Below are positions 8,764-17,962 of a DNA stretch of 34,602 nt, piece after piece. The stretch is from an uncultured Lentisphaeraceae bacterium (GTDB lineage Bacteria > Verrucomicrobiota > Kiritimatiellia > RFP12 > UBA1067). The stretch's first letter is position 1; every line of letters starts with the position of its first letter. The position numbers and the translations under genes are program-made. The notes under the pieces are model-generated. The model was not told the DNA's origin. It saw only the letters and a list, made by a program, of their open reading frames with translations, and made no database searches. The stretch is from NCBI GenBank assembly GCA_964612775.1, contig CAZTDL010000001.1, positions 1-34,602 of the forward strand, written 5' to 3'.

Positions 8764-10836
8764 ATGTCACCCTTCTACCATATTCCCTATTATCCCGCTT
8801 TTGACAAAATGACACCGGAAAATGCCGCCCCCGCATTCACACAGCTTCTCGCGGAGGCTCAGGCCGCCATCGATGCGCTGGAAAAACACAATACGCTGTC
8901 CTGGTCCGGACTGATACGCCCTCTCTACGATGCCTGCCATCCGCTCTACGACGCGTGGGGCATCCTTTGCCACATGTTGTCCGTGATGAACAGCGAGAGC
9001 TGGCGACGCGTTCAGGAAAATGTCCAGCCGGAGATTGTGGCGTTCTCGCTGCGCGTCGGACAAAGTCGCACGTTTTACCAAGGGTTCTGCGCCCTGCGGG
9101 AACGCGACAAGGCCGAGTCTTTCCTGACCGCCGTCCAGCGCCGCATCCTTACAAAGACGATCCAAGGAGCCGAACAGGCCGGCGTCGGCCTGCCGCCTGA
9201 AAAGCAGGCGCGTTTCAACGCCATCCAAATGGAGCTTGCGAAACTCTCGACCGGTTTTCGCAACCACGTGCTAGACGCGACCAAAGCCTATTCGATCACC
9301 CTCAAAACGCCCGAAGAGGCCGACGGTCTCCCTCCCGCCTTGCTCGCTGTCGCCGCGCAGGCGGTTAACGATGCGGGGGAGGCCACAGCAACTGCGGCAA
9401 ACGGGCCTTGGCGAATCACACTTGACACGGCAGTCTACCTTCCCTTCATGATGCACAGCCGCAACCGCACAGCCCGCGAGCAGTTATATCGGGCCTATGC
9501 CACACGCGCGTCCTCAGGCCTATCCGACAACACGCAAGTGATCGAACAGTGCCTTGCCTTACGGCGCGAGCTCGCCGAGCTCCTTGGATTTCAGACTTTT
9601 GCCGATCTCAGCCTTTCCACCAAAACAGCCAAGGCCGTCGCGGTGGTGGATTCACTCATCACCCAGCTCGCCAACGCCTCGTATGGTGCGGGCCAGCGCG
9701 AGGCCTCCGACCTTCTCACCTTCGCCCGCCAACACGGGTTTACGGAGGACACCCTGCAACCCTGGGACATCACGTTCTGGGCCGAGCGTCAACGCGAGCT
9801 CCTTTTCGATTATAGCGACGAGGAACTCAGCCGCTACTTTCTTTTTCCGCATGTGCTCGAAGGCTTGTTCAGCTTTGCCGAGCGCCTCTTTGACATCAAG
9901 ATCACGCCCGCAGACAAAGAAGTGCCGGTATGGCATCCCGACGTCCGCTTTTTCCGCGTCGCCGACAAGGATGGAACGCCGCTCGCCTGTTTTTATCTCG
10001 ACCCCTACAGCCGCCCGGAAACGAAGAACAGCGGCGCGTGGATGAACGATTTCCGTACGCGTGACCGTCGCCCCGACGGCTCTCTTCAGCTTCCCATGGC
10101 GGTTCTCGTCTGTAACCAGAGCGTGCCTGTCGGCAACGCGTTACCCGTCATGCGCTTTCAAGAGGTCAACACCCTCTTTCACGAATTCGGCCACGCGCTA
10201 CAGCACATGCTCACCACCGTCGAGGAACCCGATGCCTCGGGCGTGAACGGCATCGAATGGGACGCCATCGAGATCGCCAGCCAGTTCATGGAGAACTGGT
10301 GTTATGACCGCGCCACGCTCAAAGGGCTCAGTCGCCATGCCGAAACAGGTTCGGAGCTGCCCGACGCGCTCTTCGACAAACTCGTCGCCGCAAAAAACTA
10401 TCGCGCCGCGACCGCCATGCTGCGCCAAGTTTTCTTCGCCGCGACAGACATGGACCTCTACGCGCGCTATCCCCGCCCCGAGTGGCCCGATGCCGACACC
10501 GTCAAACGCACGAACGCCAACAAATACTCGCCTACGCCACTGTTGCCCGAAGACCGTTTTCTCTGTTCTTTCGGACACATTTTCGGTGGCGGATATGCGG
10601 CCGGATATTACAGCTACAAGTGGTCGGAAGTCCTCTCCGCAGACGCTTTCGCCGCCTTTGAAGAGGCTGGCCTCGGGGATGATGTCGCCGTACGTGCCAC
10701 GGGCCGCCGCTTCCGCAACACCCTGCTCGCTCTCGGCGGAGGAGAAGACCCCATGGACGTCTATCGCCGCTTCCGCGGACGCGCTCCGTCCATCGATGCC
10801 CTGTTGCGGCACTCCGGCTTGAGCGCCACCGCTTAA
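8764..10836 (+). CDS. prlC: M3-family zinc metallopeptidase (oligopeptidase A-like)
   Basis: HEFGH zinc motif (LFHEFGHALQH) and the M3 signature FGHIFGGGYAAGYYSYKWSEVLSADAF. The ATG at 8764 lies 11 nt after the TPR gene stop. The track start at 8521 overlaps the TPR gene in another frame. Confidence 0.88.
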   Translation: MSPFYHIPYYPAFDKMTPENAAPAFTQLLAEAQAAIDALEKHNTLSWSGLIRPLYDACHPLYDAWGILCHMLSVMNSESWRRVQENVQPEIVAFSLRVGQSRTFYQGFCALRERDKAESFLTAVQRRILTKTIQGAEQAGVGLPPEKQARFNAIQMELAKLSTGFRNHVLDATKAYSITLKTPEEADGLPPALLAVAAQAVNDAGEATATAANGPWRITLDTAVYLPFMMHSRNRTAREQLYRAYATRASSGLSDNTQVIEQCLALRRELAELLGFQTFADLSLSTKTAKAVAVVDSLITQLANASYGAGQREASDLLTFARQHGFTEDTLQPWDITFWAERQRELLFDYSDEELSRYFLFPHVLEGLFSFAERLFDIKITPADKEVPVWHPDVRFFRVADKDGTPLACFYLDPYSRPETKNSGAWMNDFRTRDRRPDGSLQLPMAVLVCNQSVPVGNALPVMRFQEVNTLFHEFGHALQHMLTTVEEPDASGVNGIEWDAIEIASQFMENWCYDRATLKGLSRHAETGSELPDALFDKLVAAKNYRAATAMLRQVFFAATDMDLYARYPRPEWPDADTVKRTNANKYSPTPLLPEDRFLCSFGHIFGGGYAAGYYSYKWSEVLSADAFAAFEEAGLGDDVAVRATGRRFRNTLLALGGGEDPMDVYRRFRGRAPSIDALLRHSGLSATA

Positions 10837-10859
10837 CCGTCCCTCTTTTACGCAAAACG

Positions 10860-10903
10860 AAAAGCCGCGCGACGTGTTGCTGTGCAACGTGTCACGCGGC
10901 TTT
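10860..10903. terminator. Bidirectional intrinsic terminator between prlC and tRNA-Leu
   Basis: 37-nt hairpin at 10864-10900 (GCCGCGCGACGTGTTGC-TGT-GCAACGTGTCACGCGGC). The stem is 17 bp with 1 mismatch and 2 G:U pairs. It is flanked by AAAA on the left (a T-tract on the minus strand, TTTTCGTTTT) and TTT on the right. Confidence 0.65.
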
Positions 10904-10908
10904 CAAGA

Positions 10909-10992
10909 TGGTGCTCGGGGGGGGACTCGAACCCCCATGCCTTTCGGCATATGCCCCTCAAACATACGTGTCTGCCATTCCACCACCCGAGC
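10909..10992 (-). tRNA. tRNA-Leu (anticodon GAG), class II with long variable arm, CCA encoded
   Basis: The reverse complement folds by hand as GCUCGGG/CCCGAGC acceptor stem, 3-bp D stem GUG/CAC, anticodon stem UAUGU/GCAUA with loop UUGAGGG, variable arm UGCCGAAAGGCA, T arm GGGGG-UUCGAGU-CCCCC, then discriminator A and CCA. Confidence 0.92.
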
Positions 10993-11054
10993 GGAAAAAC
11001 GTGTGTAACTTTATCCGATTTTCACCTGCCATTGCAAGGCCAATCCTTACAATT

Positions 11055-11996
11055 ATGAAAAAAGCGAAAACACTGGCCACGCACACGGCATCCGCGATAC
11101 ACTTCATGAGCATGAACAACGCCTTCAATACGATGCAGAAAGCCTTTTTAAGAAGCCAGGCCAGAAACGAGTTGACGGAGGCGATTGTTTACACGCGTCT
11201 TGCGCAAGGCCTGCCGACAGGACATAACCGCGAACTGCTGGAACGCATCGCGAATGACGAGCGCAAGCATGCCGCACAGCTTACCGCGCTGCAGGGAGAA
11301 AGCGCCGCTCCCGATCGCGGCAAAGCTTTTCGCATGATCCTCATTGCCAGAACCTTTGGTCTCACGTTCGGACTCAAATTCATGGAGAAAGGCGAAATCC
11401 GATCAGGCACCGCTTATCGTTCGCTCAGCGCGGCCATACCCGATTTCGAGACCATTGCGCAAGAAGAGGATGAGCACGAGTCTGCGCTTCTTTCTCTGCT
11501 GGACGACGAGCGTCTGAACTACATGGGCGCGATCGTTCTGGGACTAAACGACGCGCTGGTTGAACTCACAGGCGCCTTGGCGGGGTTCACTTTCGCACTC
11601 AGCGGATCACGCCTCATTGCCATGACGGGGCTCATCACGGGCCTCGCCGCGGCCATGTCCATGGCCGCCTCGGCTTTTCTGTCGGCACGTACCGACAACG
11701 ATGCGGCCGCAGAACGACACCCTGGCAAGACGGCCTGTTACACGGGTATCGCCTACGTCTGCACGGTTGTGGTGCTGATCCTGCCCTACCTGATCCTGTC
11801 CAACGTCAAGATTTCGCTGGCGGTGATGCTAGCGTCCGCACTCGGCATCATCGCGCTCTTCAATTTCTACCTTAGTGTGGCTAAAGATGTGCCCTTCCGC
11901 AAAAACTTTATGATCATGGCGGGGATATCCACCGGCGTCGCAGCCATCTCATTCGGCATCGGATATATCCTTAACCACTTCTTTGGCATCGGCTAA
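11055..11996 (+). CDS. Erythrin-VIT1/CCC1 family iron/manganese transporter (MbfA-like: N-terminal ferritin-like domain plus VIT membrane domain)
   Basis: Ferritin-like diiron motifs (NELTEAIVYTRLA...IANDERKHA...IAQEEDEHE) are followed by VIT1 membrane helices (GAIVLGLNDALVELTGALAG...). The start is uncertain: 11055, 11106, 11112 and 11133 are all in-frame ATGs without a clear SD. The track start at 10908 overlaps the tRNA and is rejected. Confidence 0.75.
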   Translation: MKKAKTLATHTASAIHFMSMNNAFNTMQKAFLRSQARNELTEAIVYTRLAQGLPTGHNRELLERIANDERKHAAQLTALQGESAAPDRGKAFRMILIARTFGLTFGLKFMEKGEIRSGTAYRSLSAAIPDFETIAQEEDEHESALLSLLDDERLNYMGAIVLGLNDALVELTGALAGFTFALSGSRLIAMTGLITGLAAAMSMAASAFLSARTDNDAAAERHPGKTACYTGIAYVCTVVVLILPYLILSNVKISLAVMLASALGIIALFNFYLSVAKDVPFRKNFMIMAGISTGVAAISFGIGYILNHFFGIG

Positions 11997-12097
11997 CACC
12001 GCTCCCGCGCCTCAGCACAAACACACGGGCCCGTCCCTCGCGCCACGCCTGACGCGGCAAGGATATTCACGTGTGGCGTTTTATCAAACACGTCGTC

Positions 12098-12123
12098 AAA
12101 AAAACACAACGCAGGGCCTGCGT
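12098..12123 (-). terminator. Intrinsic terminator after the AEC permease gene
   Basis: On the minus strand, the palindrome ACGCAGGCCCTGCGT (12109-12123) follows the TAG stop (12124-12126) directly, then TGTG and T7 (A-run 12098-12104 on the plus strand). Confidence 0.55.
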
Positions 12124-13083
12124 CTACAGCAGGCACGCCAGCCAAAGAGGAATGGTGATGAGGCAAAGAACATGCGTGACAAGAATCGCGGCGGCGGAGA
12201 AATCCGCGTCACCGCCGAAAGCTTCCGCAAGCGTGACGCTCGCCATAGCCGCAGGCTGAACGGCGATTAATATCAAAACGCGCCTCACCTCCAGCGACAT
12301 CGGCACCAGCGAAAGCCCCAAAATGCACAGAGCAGGAATCACCACAAGGCGCAACAGGCTGGTGCCCGCCATCAGCGGCGAAAAGAGCCTCCCGGGATGA
12401 AGCATCGAGATGCGCGCGCCGCAGATCAAGGCCGACGCAGGGATTGTCGCCCCTCCCGCCATTCGGCAGGCCTCCAGCAACGTCTTCAGAAGCTCGTTCG
12501 ACACTGAACCCGTATGGGGAACCAAGCCATACCGCTCGAACAGCGCACGAAGCGCAAGAAACGCGCACGACCCGACCAACGCCACCATCGGGACGCTCAA
12601 AAGATTCTTCAGAAAGCGCCGATCCAACTTCTGGCCTGTAAGCGCTTTCACGCCTAACGTCCAGACGCACAACTCAGAACCCAATCCGGAAAAAATGATC
12701 AGCGCGATCGCCTTCTCGCCCCAGAGCGATGCCGCCATCAGAATCGGAAGGAAGGAGTAGTTGTTCATCAGACAGATAAAATGGTAGCAGCGGCGCGTAC
12801 CCTCGGACTGCCCTCTCAGAAATCTCAGCGTGACGCAACCGACCAGCCACCCCGTGACGAGGATGAACACTGTGCCCATCGGCATCATCCAGTTCCGCAA
12901 CAGCGTTTCCCACGTGAAATTACGAATGATCGAACTGACGATCAGACACGGATAAAAAACGTTCAGCATCACCATCGACAATTGGCGGTTGAACGTTACG
13001 TCGATCCATTTCAGACGACAAAGAACATATCCCGCCAATGTCAGCAGAATCAGCGGGAGCATCTTGATGAAAAGCATTAACAT
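12124..13083 (-). CDS. AEC (auxin efflux carrier) family permease
   Basis: About 10 predicted TM helices. The N-terminus (MLPLILLTLAGYVLCRLKWI) and C-terminus (PAAMASVTLAEAFGGD) are typical of the Mem_trans/AEC family. The ATG at 13083 lies 3 nt after the stop of the upstream radical SAM gene. Confidence 0.8.
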   Translation of the reverse strand: MLMLFIKMLPLILLTLAGYVLCRLKWIDVTFNRQLSMVMLNVFYPCLIVSSIIRNFTWETLLRNWMMPMGTVFILVTGWLVGCVTLRFLRGQSEGTRRCYHFICLMNNYSFLPILMAASLWGEKAIALIIFSGLGSELCVWTLGVKALTGQKLDRRFLKNLLSVPMVALVGSCAFLALRALFERYGLVPHTGSVSNELLKTLLEACRMAGGATIPASALICGARISMLHPGRLFSPLMAGTSLLRLVVIPALCILGLSLVPMSLEVRRVLILIAVQPAAMASVTLAEAFGGDADFSAAAILVTHVLCLITIPLWLACLL

Positions 13084-13086
13084 AGG

Positions 13087-14628
13087 CTAGAAGAACAGGT
13101 CCCGCTCGCCGTGGCAGATGCGGTCGTAATGTTCCTTCACTGTCGGATAGAAATTAGGCAGGTTCGCTTTAATCGCAGCCAGCTCCTTGTTCAGCACGGG
13201 CTCGCACAGCACGCGCGTTGCGGCGCTGGCGAAATCGTCCAACCATTCGCGGAAGGTCAAAACCGCGTTGATCTTGCAGAACTTGCCTTCTTTACCCGTC
13301 TTGAGCGCATCCATGATACAGCCGCCCGTACGCCCGCAGCGATAGCCCGCCGTACAGAACGAGGTGATGATTCCCTCGCGCGCCAAGTGTGCGATCACCT
13401 CTTCCAGCGAACGGTTATCGGAAAGCACAAACTGCTGGCGGTCTTTTTCCTGATGCGCCTCGCTCGCAAAATCGCTGTAGCCCTTAATCGCGATATTGCT
13501 GCTCGCATCCATCTGCGTGATGCCGCAACGGACAAAGGAGTCGCGCGACGCGGGCCGCTCACGACAGGTCACGATCATCCCCGTGTAAGGCACAGACAGG
13601 CGCGTGATGATCAGAATGCGGCGCATGGTCGCGTCATCGATCAAATACGGCGACGTCGTCGGCACGTCCGTGCCGCTGGCGGGCTCGAGCCTCGGAAAAG
13701 AAATCGTATGCGGCCCGATACCGAACTGACGTTCAAGATCGCGCGCGTGATAGAGTGTCGCCATCAATTCAAACTTCCAGTCATACAGTCCGAATAAGGC
13801 ACCCATGCCCACATCGTCCACCCCCGCTTCCAACGCGCGATGGAAACAGGTGGTGCGCCAATCATAGTTTCCCTTCACGGTGCCTGCCGGATGGAGCTTG
13901 TTATAGGTCGCACGATGATAGGTCTCTTGAAACACTTGAAACGTGCCAATGCCGACCTGCTTTAACACGCGCAGATCCTCGACTGGCAACGGCGCGGCAT
14001 TGACGTTCACACGCCGGATACCGACCGTCGTGCCGCGCGGCGACTTCACCGGATGGTCGTAAATAGTACGGATGGTCTCCGCAAAATAATCAGTGGACGT
14101 GGTGGGGTGCTCGCCATATACGGCGATCAAACGTTTATGCCCGATCTTGCCCGCAAGCACGTCGATCTCTTGGCGCACTTCATCCATGGTCAGCATGCGG
14201 CGTTGCTGATCCGCATTATCACCGCGGAATCCGCAATAAACGCAGCGATTGACGCACAGATTGCTCATATAGAGCGGCGCAAACATCACGACACGGTTAT
14301 CGTAGACAGACGTCTTCACGGCCAAGGCGGTCTCTTCCATTTCCGTGAGCAAGTCGGGGTCCGTCACCTGGATCAGCGCAGCGGTCTCTTCTGGCAGCAG
14401 AGTTTCGATCATGCGGGATTTCGCAAGAATCTCGCGGATACGAACAGGGTCGTTCGCGCGCCGGGCCTCTGCGTCCGACAGCCGGGATTCGATTTCGGCA
14501 TCGTCAATAAAATGTTTACCTCCCGGCAGGTATTTATCGATTTGTTCCTGGATGACGAAATTCTTACGGTAGTCTGCGGCATCTTTGAAGTGGCGAATCG
14601 CAGTTGACGTGTTGCCCTTGGCTTCCAT
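13087..14628 (-). CDS. HydG/ThiH-family radical SAM tyrosine-lyase-like enzyme (HydG-like, non-canonical C-terminal Cys motif)
   Basis: ATG at 14628 behind AGGAGAG. Radical SAM CX3CX2C motif (CVNRCVYCGF). HydG-like N-terminal region (FIDDAEIESRL...FAPLYMSNLC) and C-terminal domain SFCTAGYRCGRTGGCIMDALKTGKEGKFCKINAVLTFREWL. The track start at 14709 has no RBS. Confidence 0.75.
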   Translation of the reverse strand: MEAKGNTSTAIRHFKDAADYRKNFVIQEQIDKYLPGGKHFIDDAEIESRLSDAEARRANDPVRIREILAKSRMIETLLPEETAALIQVTDPDLLTEMEETALAVKTSVYDNRVVMFAPLYMSNLCVNRCVYCGFRGDNADQQRRMLTMDEVRQEIDVLAGKIGHKRLIAVYGEHPTTSTDYFAETIRTIYDHPVKSPRGTTVGIRRVNVNAAPLPVEDLRVLKQVGIGTFQVFQETYHRATYNKLHPAGTVKGNYDWRTTCFHRALEAGVDDVGMGALFGLYDWKFELMATLYHARDLERQFGIGPHTISFPRLEPASGTDVPTTSPYLIDDATMRRILIITRLSVPYTGMIVTCRERPASRDSFVRCGITQMDASSNIAIKGYSDFASEAHQEKDRQQFVLSDNRSLEEVIAHLAREGIITSFCTAGYRCGRTGGCIMDALKTGKEGKFCKINAVLTFREWLDDFASAATRVLCEPVLNKELAAIKANLPNFYPTVKEHYDRICHGERDLFF

Positions 14629-14895
14629 GGGTTCTCTCCTTGCTCTTCTGGGACAAAGGCCGAACCCGCAGTCCACTCGTGCACACATCGCCGCACGGAT
14701 GGCACGCAAACGCCACCGAATCGTCAGGGACTCGAATTCCTTGGGTCAGAGCGACGCTCCTTTGCCTCAGAGAGAAACATTATCGTACGCTTTCCGGGGA
14801 AAACCCTCAAGAGTCAAAACACAGAACAGATGAACCGATTGAATCACCGCAATGCTTGACAGCGTCATCCCGTATCCGGTCTAATATGGATCGTC

Positions 14896-16398
14896 ATGCC
14901 TACAAAACATAAACCCGCTCGTTTTTGCCTTGAAATCTCGCCTGCGCCATGCGTGTTGGTCCTCTTTGGCGTGACAGGCGATCTCTGCCAACGCAAACTC
15001 ATCCCCTCTCTTTTTCAACTCCACGCCCGCGATTTGTTGCATGCCACGTCCCGCATTGTGGGATGCGGACGTTCGAACCACGACAGCGGTTCGTTCCGCG
15101 ACCTCATCGCCCATGCGCTTCCGAAAGCTCCTCCCATCCTTCTCAATACATTTCTCGCACGCCTCAGCTATATGCGCGCGGACGAAAACGATGCCGAATC
15201 GTTCACCCGGCTCGCCGCTCACCTCGACGCGTTCGACGCGCTTGAAACCCCCGTCCCTTTCAACCGGCTATATTATCTGGCCCTTCCGCCCGCATCTTGT
15301 CAGCCGATCACGGCGAGAATCGCGGAAGCGGGCCTTCTCGCTGAATCTGCCGTCACCGGAGCCTGGCGACATCTTATCTTGGAAAAACCCTTTGGAACCG
15401 ATGAGACTTCAGCCTCAGCTTTGGACAAATTTATCCAGCGGTATCTGCGCGAAGACCAATTGTTCCGAATTGACCATTATCTTGGCAAAGACACGGTTCA
15501 AAATCTGCTGATTCTGCGGTTCGCGAACATTTTGTTCGAGCCGGTCTGGAACTCGTCCTATGTGGATCACGTCCAAATCACGGTCGCTGAAACTTTGGGC
15601 GTCGAGCACCGTGCCGGATACTATGAGCAAACAGGCCTTTTGCGCGACATGTTTCAGAATCATCTGCTCGAAATGCTCGCACTGGTGGCCATGGAACCGC
15701 CCTCTGAATTTAGCGCCGACGCGATCCACAAAGAGAGGCTCGCCTTGATCCGCGCCATCAGGCTCTTTCCCTCGGACAAACTGGGAACCGCTCTAGTGCG
15801 CGGTCAATACGCCGCAGGCAACGGTTTGGCGGCCTACCGCGAGGAGTCCGGCGTCGCCCCCCATTCAAACGTGGAAACCTATACCGCGGCGAAACTCTGG
15901 ATTGATTCGCCTCGCTGGCGGGGCGTACCCTTCTATCTGCGTTCGGGCAAACGCCTTTCATCGCGAACCAGCACGATCACGCTCGTCTTCAAGCCCTCGC
16001 GCTACCCATTATTCGGAACCTGCGAACCGGACGCGCTCGTTCTGAAAGTTCAACCGGACGAAGGCATGAGCCTGCATCTCCAGGCGAAAAGACCGGGGCC
16101 GAAACTCTGCATGGGAGAACTTCCTCTTGCCTTCAGCTATGCGGACTTAGGCAACGAACTGGACACTCCCGACGCCTACGCCAGGCTTCTGCTCGACGCC
16201 ATGCTCCACGACCATACGCTATTTGTGCGAAACGAAACTATTGCCGCAGCCTGGCGGCTCTTCACGCCTGTACTTGAAGCGTGGCGCGCCACGCCCGAAG
16301 ACTGTCCACTCTATCCGTATCCGGCCGGTTCTGACGGTCCTACAGCCGCCGCAGATCTCCTCGCCCGCGACGGGCGAGCGTGGTATCCGCTGGCCTAA
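14896..16398 (+). CDS. zwf: Glucose-6-phosphate 1-dehydrogenase
   Basis: NADP-binding motif FGVTGDLCQRKL, EKPFG, and the active-site motif RIDHYLGKDTVQNLL. Confidence 0.92.
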   Translation: MPTKHKPARFCLEISPAPCVLVLFGVTGDLCQRKLIPSLFQLHARDLLHATSRIVGCGRSNHDSGSFRDLIAHALPKAPPILLNTFLARLSYMRADENDAESFTRLAAHLDAFDALETPVPFNRLYYLALPPASCQPITARIAEAGLLAESAVTGAWRHLILEKPFGTDETSASALDKFIQRYLREDQLFRIDHYLGKDTVQNLLILRFANILFEPVWNSSYVDHVQITVAETLGVEHRAGYYEQTGLLRDMFQNHLLEMLALVAMEPPSEFSADAIHKERLALIRAIRLFPSDKLGTALVRGQYAAGNGLAAYREESGVAPHSNVETYTAAKLWIDSPRWRGVPFYLRSGKRLSSRTSTITLVFKPSRYPLFGTCEPDALVLKVQPDEGMSLHLQAKRPGPKLCMGELPLAFSYADLGNELDTPDAYARLLLDAMLHDHTLFVRNETIAAAWRLFTPVLEAWRATPEDCPLYPYPAGSDGPTAAADLLARDGRAWYPLA

Positions 16399-16463
16399 CC
16401 CATCGCGTCACTTCGTAAAGATCTTGGTTTTAGCCTGGCCCCCCTTCACGGGGAAAATACCGA

Positions 16464-16943
16464 TCATCTCAGGTTCGATAAAAAAATCGCCAGATTCTCT
16501 TTGAAATTCTTTCCAAAGAACGGGAAGAGCTCCAGCACCTTAGCTTTCACATCCTCATCCAGACTCTGCACCGCGAGCCCTTTATACCTCAAATACGCGC
16601 TGCCGTCTTCCGACGTACGGGAGACCTCAACCTTCGGATTCTTCACCAGCTGACCGTACATTTCCTTCTTTGACGAGGTCACAAACAGCAACTTGTTATC
16701 CATCACAAGCGTATACTTAAGCGGGCGTACGCGGGCACCGTCACCCTCACACGTCGCCAAGTAGAAATGTCCGGCCTTTTCCAAGAATGCGGCGACATCC
16801 TGCATGAACACGTCCTGCTTATCCGGCCCTTCTCGAACAAACACGTAGCTTTTCACCTCAGCCGACACGACAGGCGGTCGGGTCTCCTGCGCCATGCCAA
16901 CCCATACAGAAAACACCACCGGCAACAGAAACAAATTTCTCAT
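16464..16943 (-). CDS. Pyridoxamine 5'-phosphate oxidase-like (FMN-binding split-barrel) protein with N-terminal signal peptide
   Basis: GGAGG lies 4 nt upstream of the ATG. Signal-like MRNLFLLPVVFSVWVGMAQE. The core FYLATCEGDGARVRPLKYTLVMDNKLLFVTSSKKEMYGQLVKNPKVEV is typical of the PNPOx-like fold. Confidence 0.65.
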   Translation of the reverse strand: MRNLFLLPVVFSVWVGMAQETRPPVVSAEVKSYVFVREGPDKQDVFMQDVAAFLEKAGHFYLATCEGDGARVRPLKYTLVMDNKLLFVTSSKKEMYGQLVKNPKVEVSRTSEDGSAYLRYKGLAVQSLDEDVKAKVLELFPFFGKNFKENLAIFLSNLR

Positions 16944-17048
16944 AAAACCTCCATTTATGATCTTTGCGCTTAGTTTAATACCAATCGTAAAGAAAGCAAT
17001 CAGTAATCGCGCGTCATCCTTCCGGTTTTCGGGCGACTGCTATCGAGT

Positions 17049-17077
17049 TTGACACATCCGATATTTTGTCTTAGTCT
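17049..17077 (+). promoter_or_regulatory. Candidate sigma70-type promoter for nagB
   Basis: TTGACA (17049-17054), 17-nt spacer, TAGTCT (17072-17077), 33 nt upstream of the ATG. AAGGAG SD at 17098-17103. Motif match only. Confidence 0.3.
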
Positions 17078-17109
17078 ATGTAACAACCAAAGGGTTTAAG
17101 GAGTTCATT

Positions 17110-17877
17110 ATGGAAGTGTTTATTTGCCGGACAGCCGAAGAAGCCGGCCGACTGGCGGGAGAGCGCATCAACAACGCTGTCCGCAGCAATCCAAAAACTG
17201 TCCTCGGGCTCGCGACAGGAACAACACCGCTGTCTCTTTACAAGGAAATGATCACGGCCTGTCGCGCCGGGCTCGACTATAGCCAAGTCCGCACGTTCAA
17301 TCTCGACGAATACTACGGCATCTCACCCGATCACCCGCAGTCCTACCGCAAGTTCATGAACACGAATTTGTTCACCCAGCTCAACATCGATTTGGCAAAC
17401 ACGCATATACCGGACGGACTCGCCCGCGATGTGTCGGCCCACTGTGCGGCCTATGAGGCGGCCATCCAGGCCTCAGGCGGCATTGACATCCAAGTGCTCG
17501 GCATCGGCAGCGACGGCCACATCGGATTCAACGAGCCTTCCTCTTCGCTTGCCTCGCGCACTCGCCTCGTCACGCTCACCGTTCAGACCATCAGCGACAA
17601 CGCCCGTTTTTTCGCAAGCCCCGACGAGGTGCCGCATTACGCCCTTTCCATGGGCGTCGGCACGATTCTTGAAGCCAAACAATGCCTTATGCTCTGTTTC
17701 GGCGCAAACAAGGCCAAAGCCGTGAAAGGCGCGATCGAAGGCGGCATCTCGCAATTCAATCCGGCATCGGCGCTTCAGATGCACCCCAATGCGGTGATCT
17801 ATCTGGACGAAGCAGCCGCCGCAGACCTGCAGCTGAAAGACTACTATCGCTGGGCCGCCTTCAACCAACCGCTGTAA
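17110..17877 (+). CDS. nagB: Glucosamine-6-phosphate deaminase
   Basis: GLATGTTP, FNLDEY and GIGSDGHIGFNEP motifs. Length is 255 aa. Confidence 0.92.
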   Translation: MEVFICRTAEEAGRLAGERINNAVRSNPKTVLGLATGTTPLSLYKEMITACRAGLDYSQVRTFNLDEYYGISPDHPQSYRKFMNTNLFTQLNIDLANTHIPDGLARDVSAHCAAYEAAIQASGGIDIQVLGIGSDGHIGFNEPSSSLASRTRLVTLTVQTISDNARFFASPDEVPHYALSMGVGTILEAKQCLMLCFGANKAKAVKGAIEGGISQFNPASALQMHPNAVIYLDEAAAADLQLKDYYRWAAFNQPL

Positions 17878-17962
17878 AGACACCTTTTGGAAAAACGGAC
17901 TCAACGGCTTCGGTTCGACATCCCGGCTCCGTTTCGTCCGTTCTGCTCGTTTTCAGACCGTT

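Noticed and set aside
10908-11054. N-terminal extension of the VIT-family ORF (MVLGGGLEPPCLSAYAPQTY...)
   Set aside because: This stretch is the antisense of tRNA-Leu (10909-10992). The GGLEPP string is the usual artefact of translating a tRNA T-arm.
14629-14860. Possible riboswitch (TPP or SAM) in the ~200-nt leader of the HydG/ThiH-like gene
   Set aside because: I read the minus strand looking for TPP elements (CUGAGA ... ACCUGAUCUGGAUAAUGCCAGCG) and SAM-I elements. Only a stray CTGAGG and several generic hairpins turned up, so no consensus core can be supported by eye. A covariance-model scan (Rfam/Infernal) would settle it.
16399-16463. Terminator between the convergent zwf and PNPOx-like genes (CCCC-TTCAC-GGGG)
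   Set aside because: The stem is only 4 bp and neither strand has a proper U-tract, so it is too weak to call.
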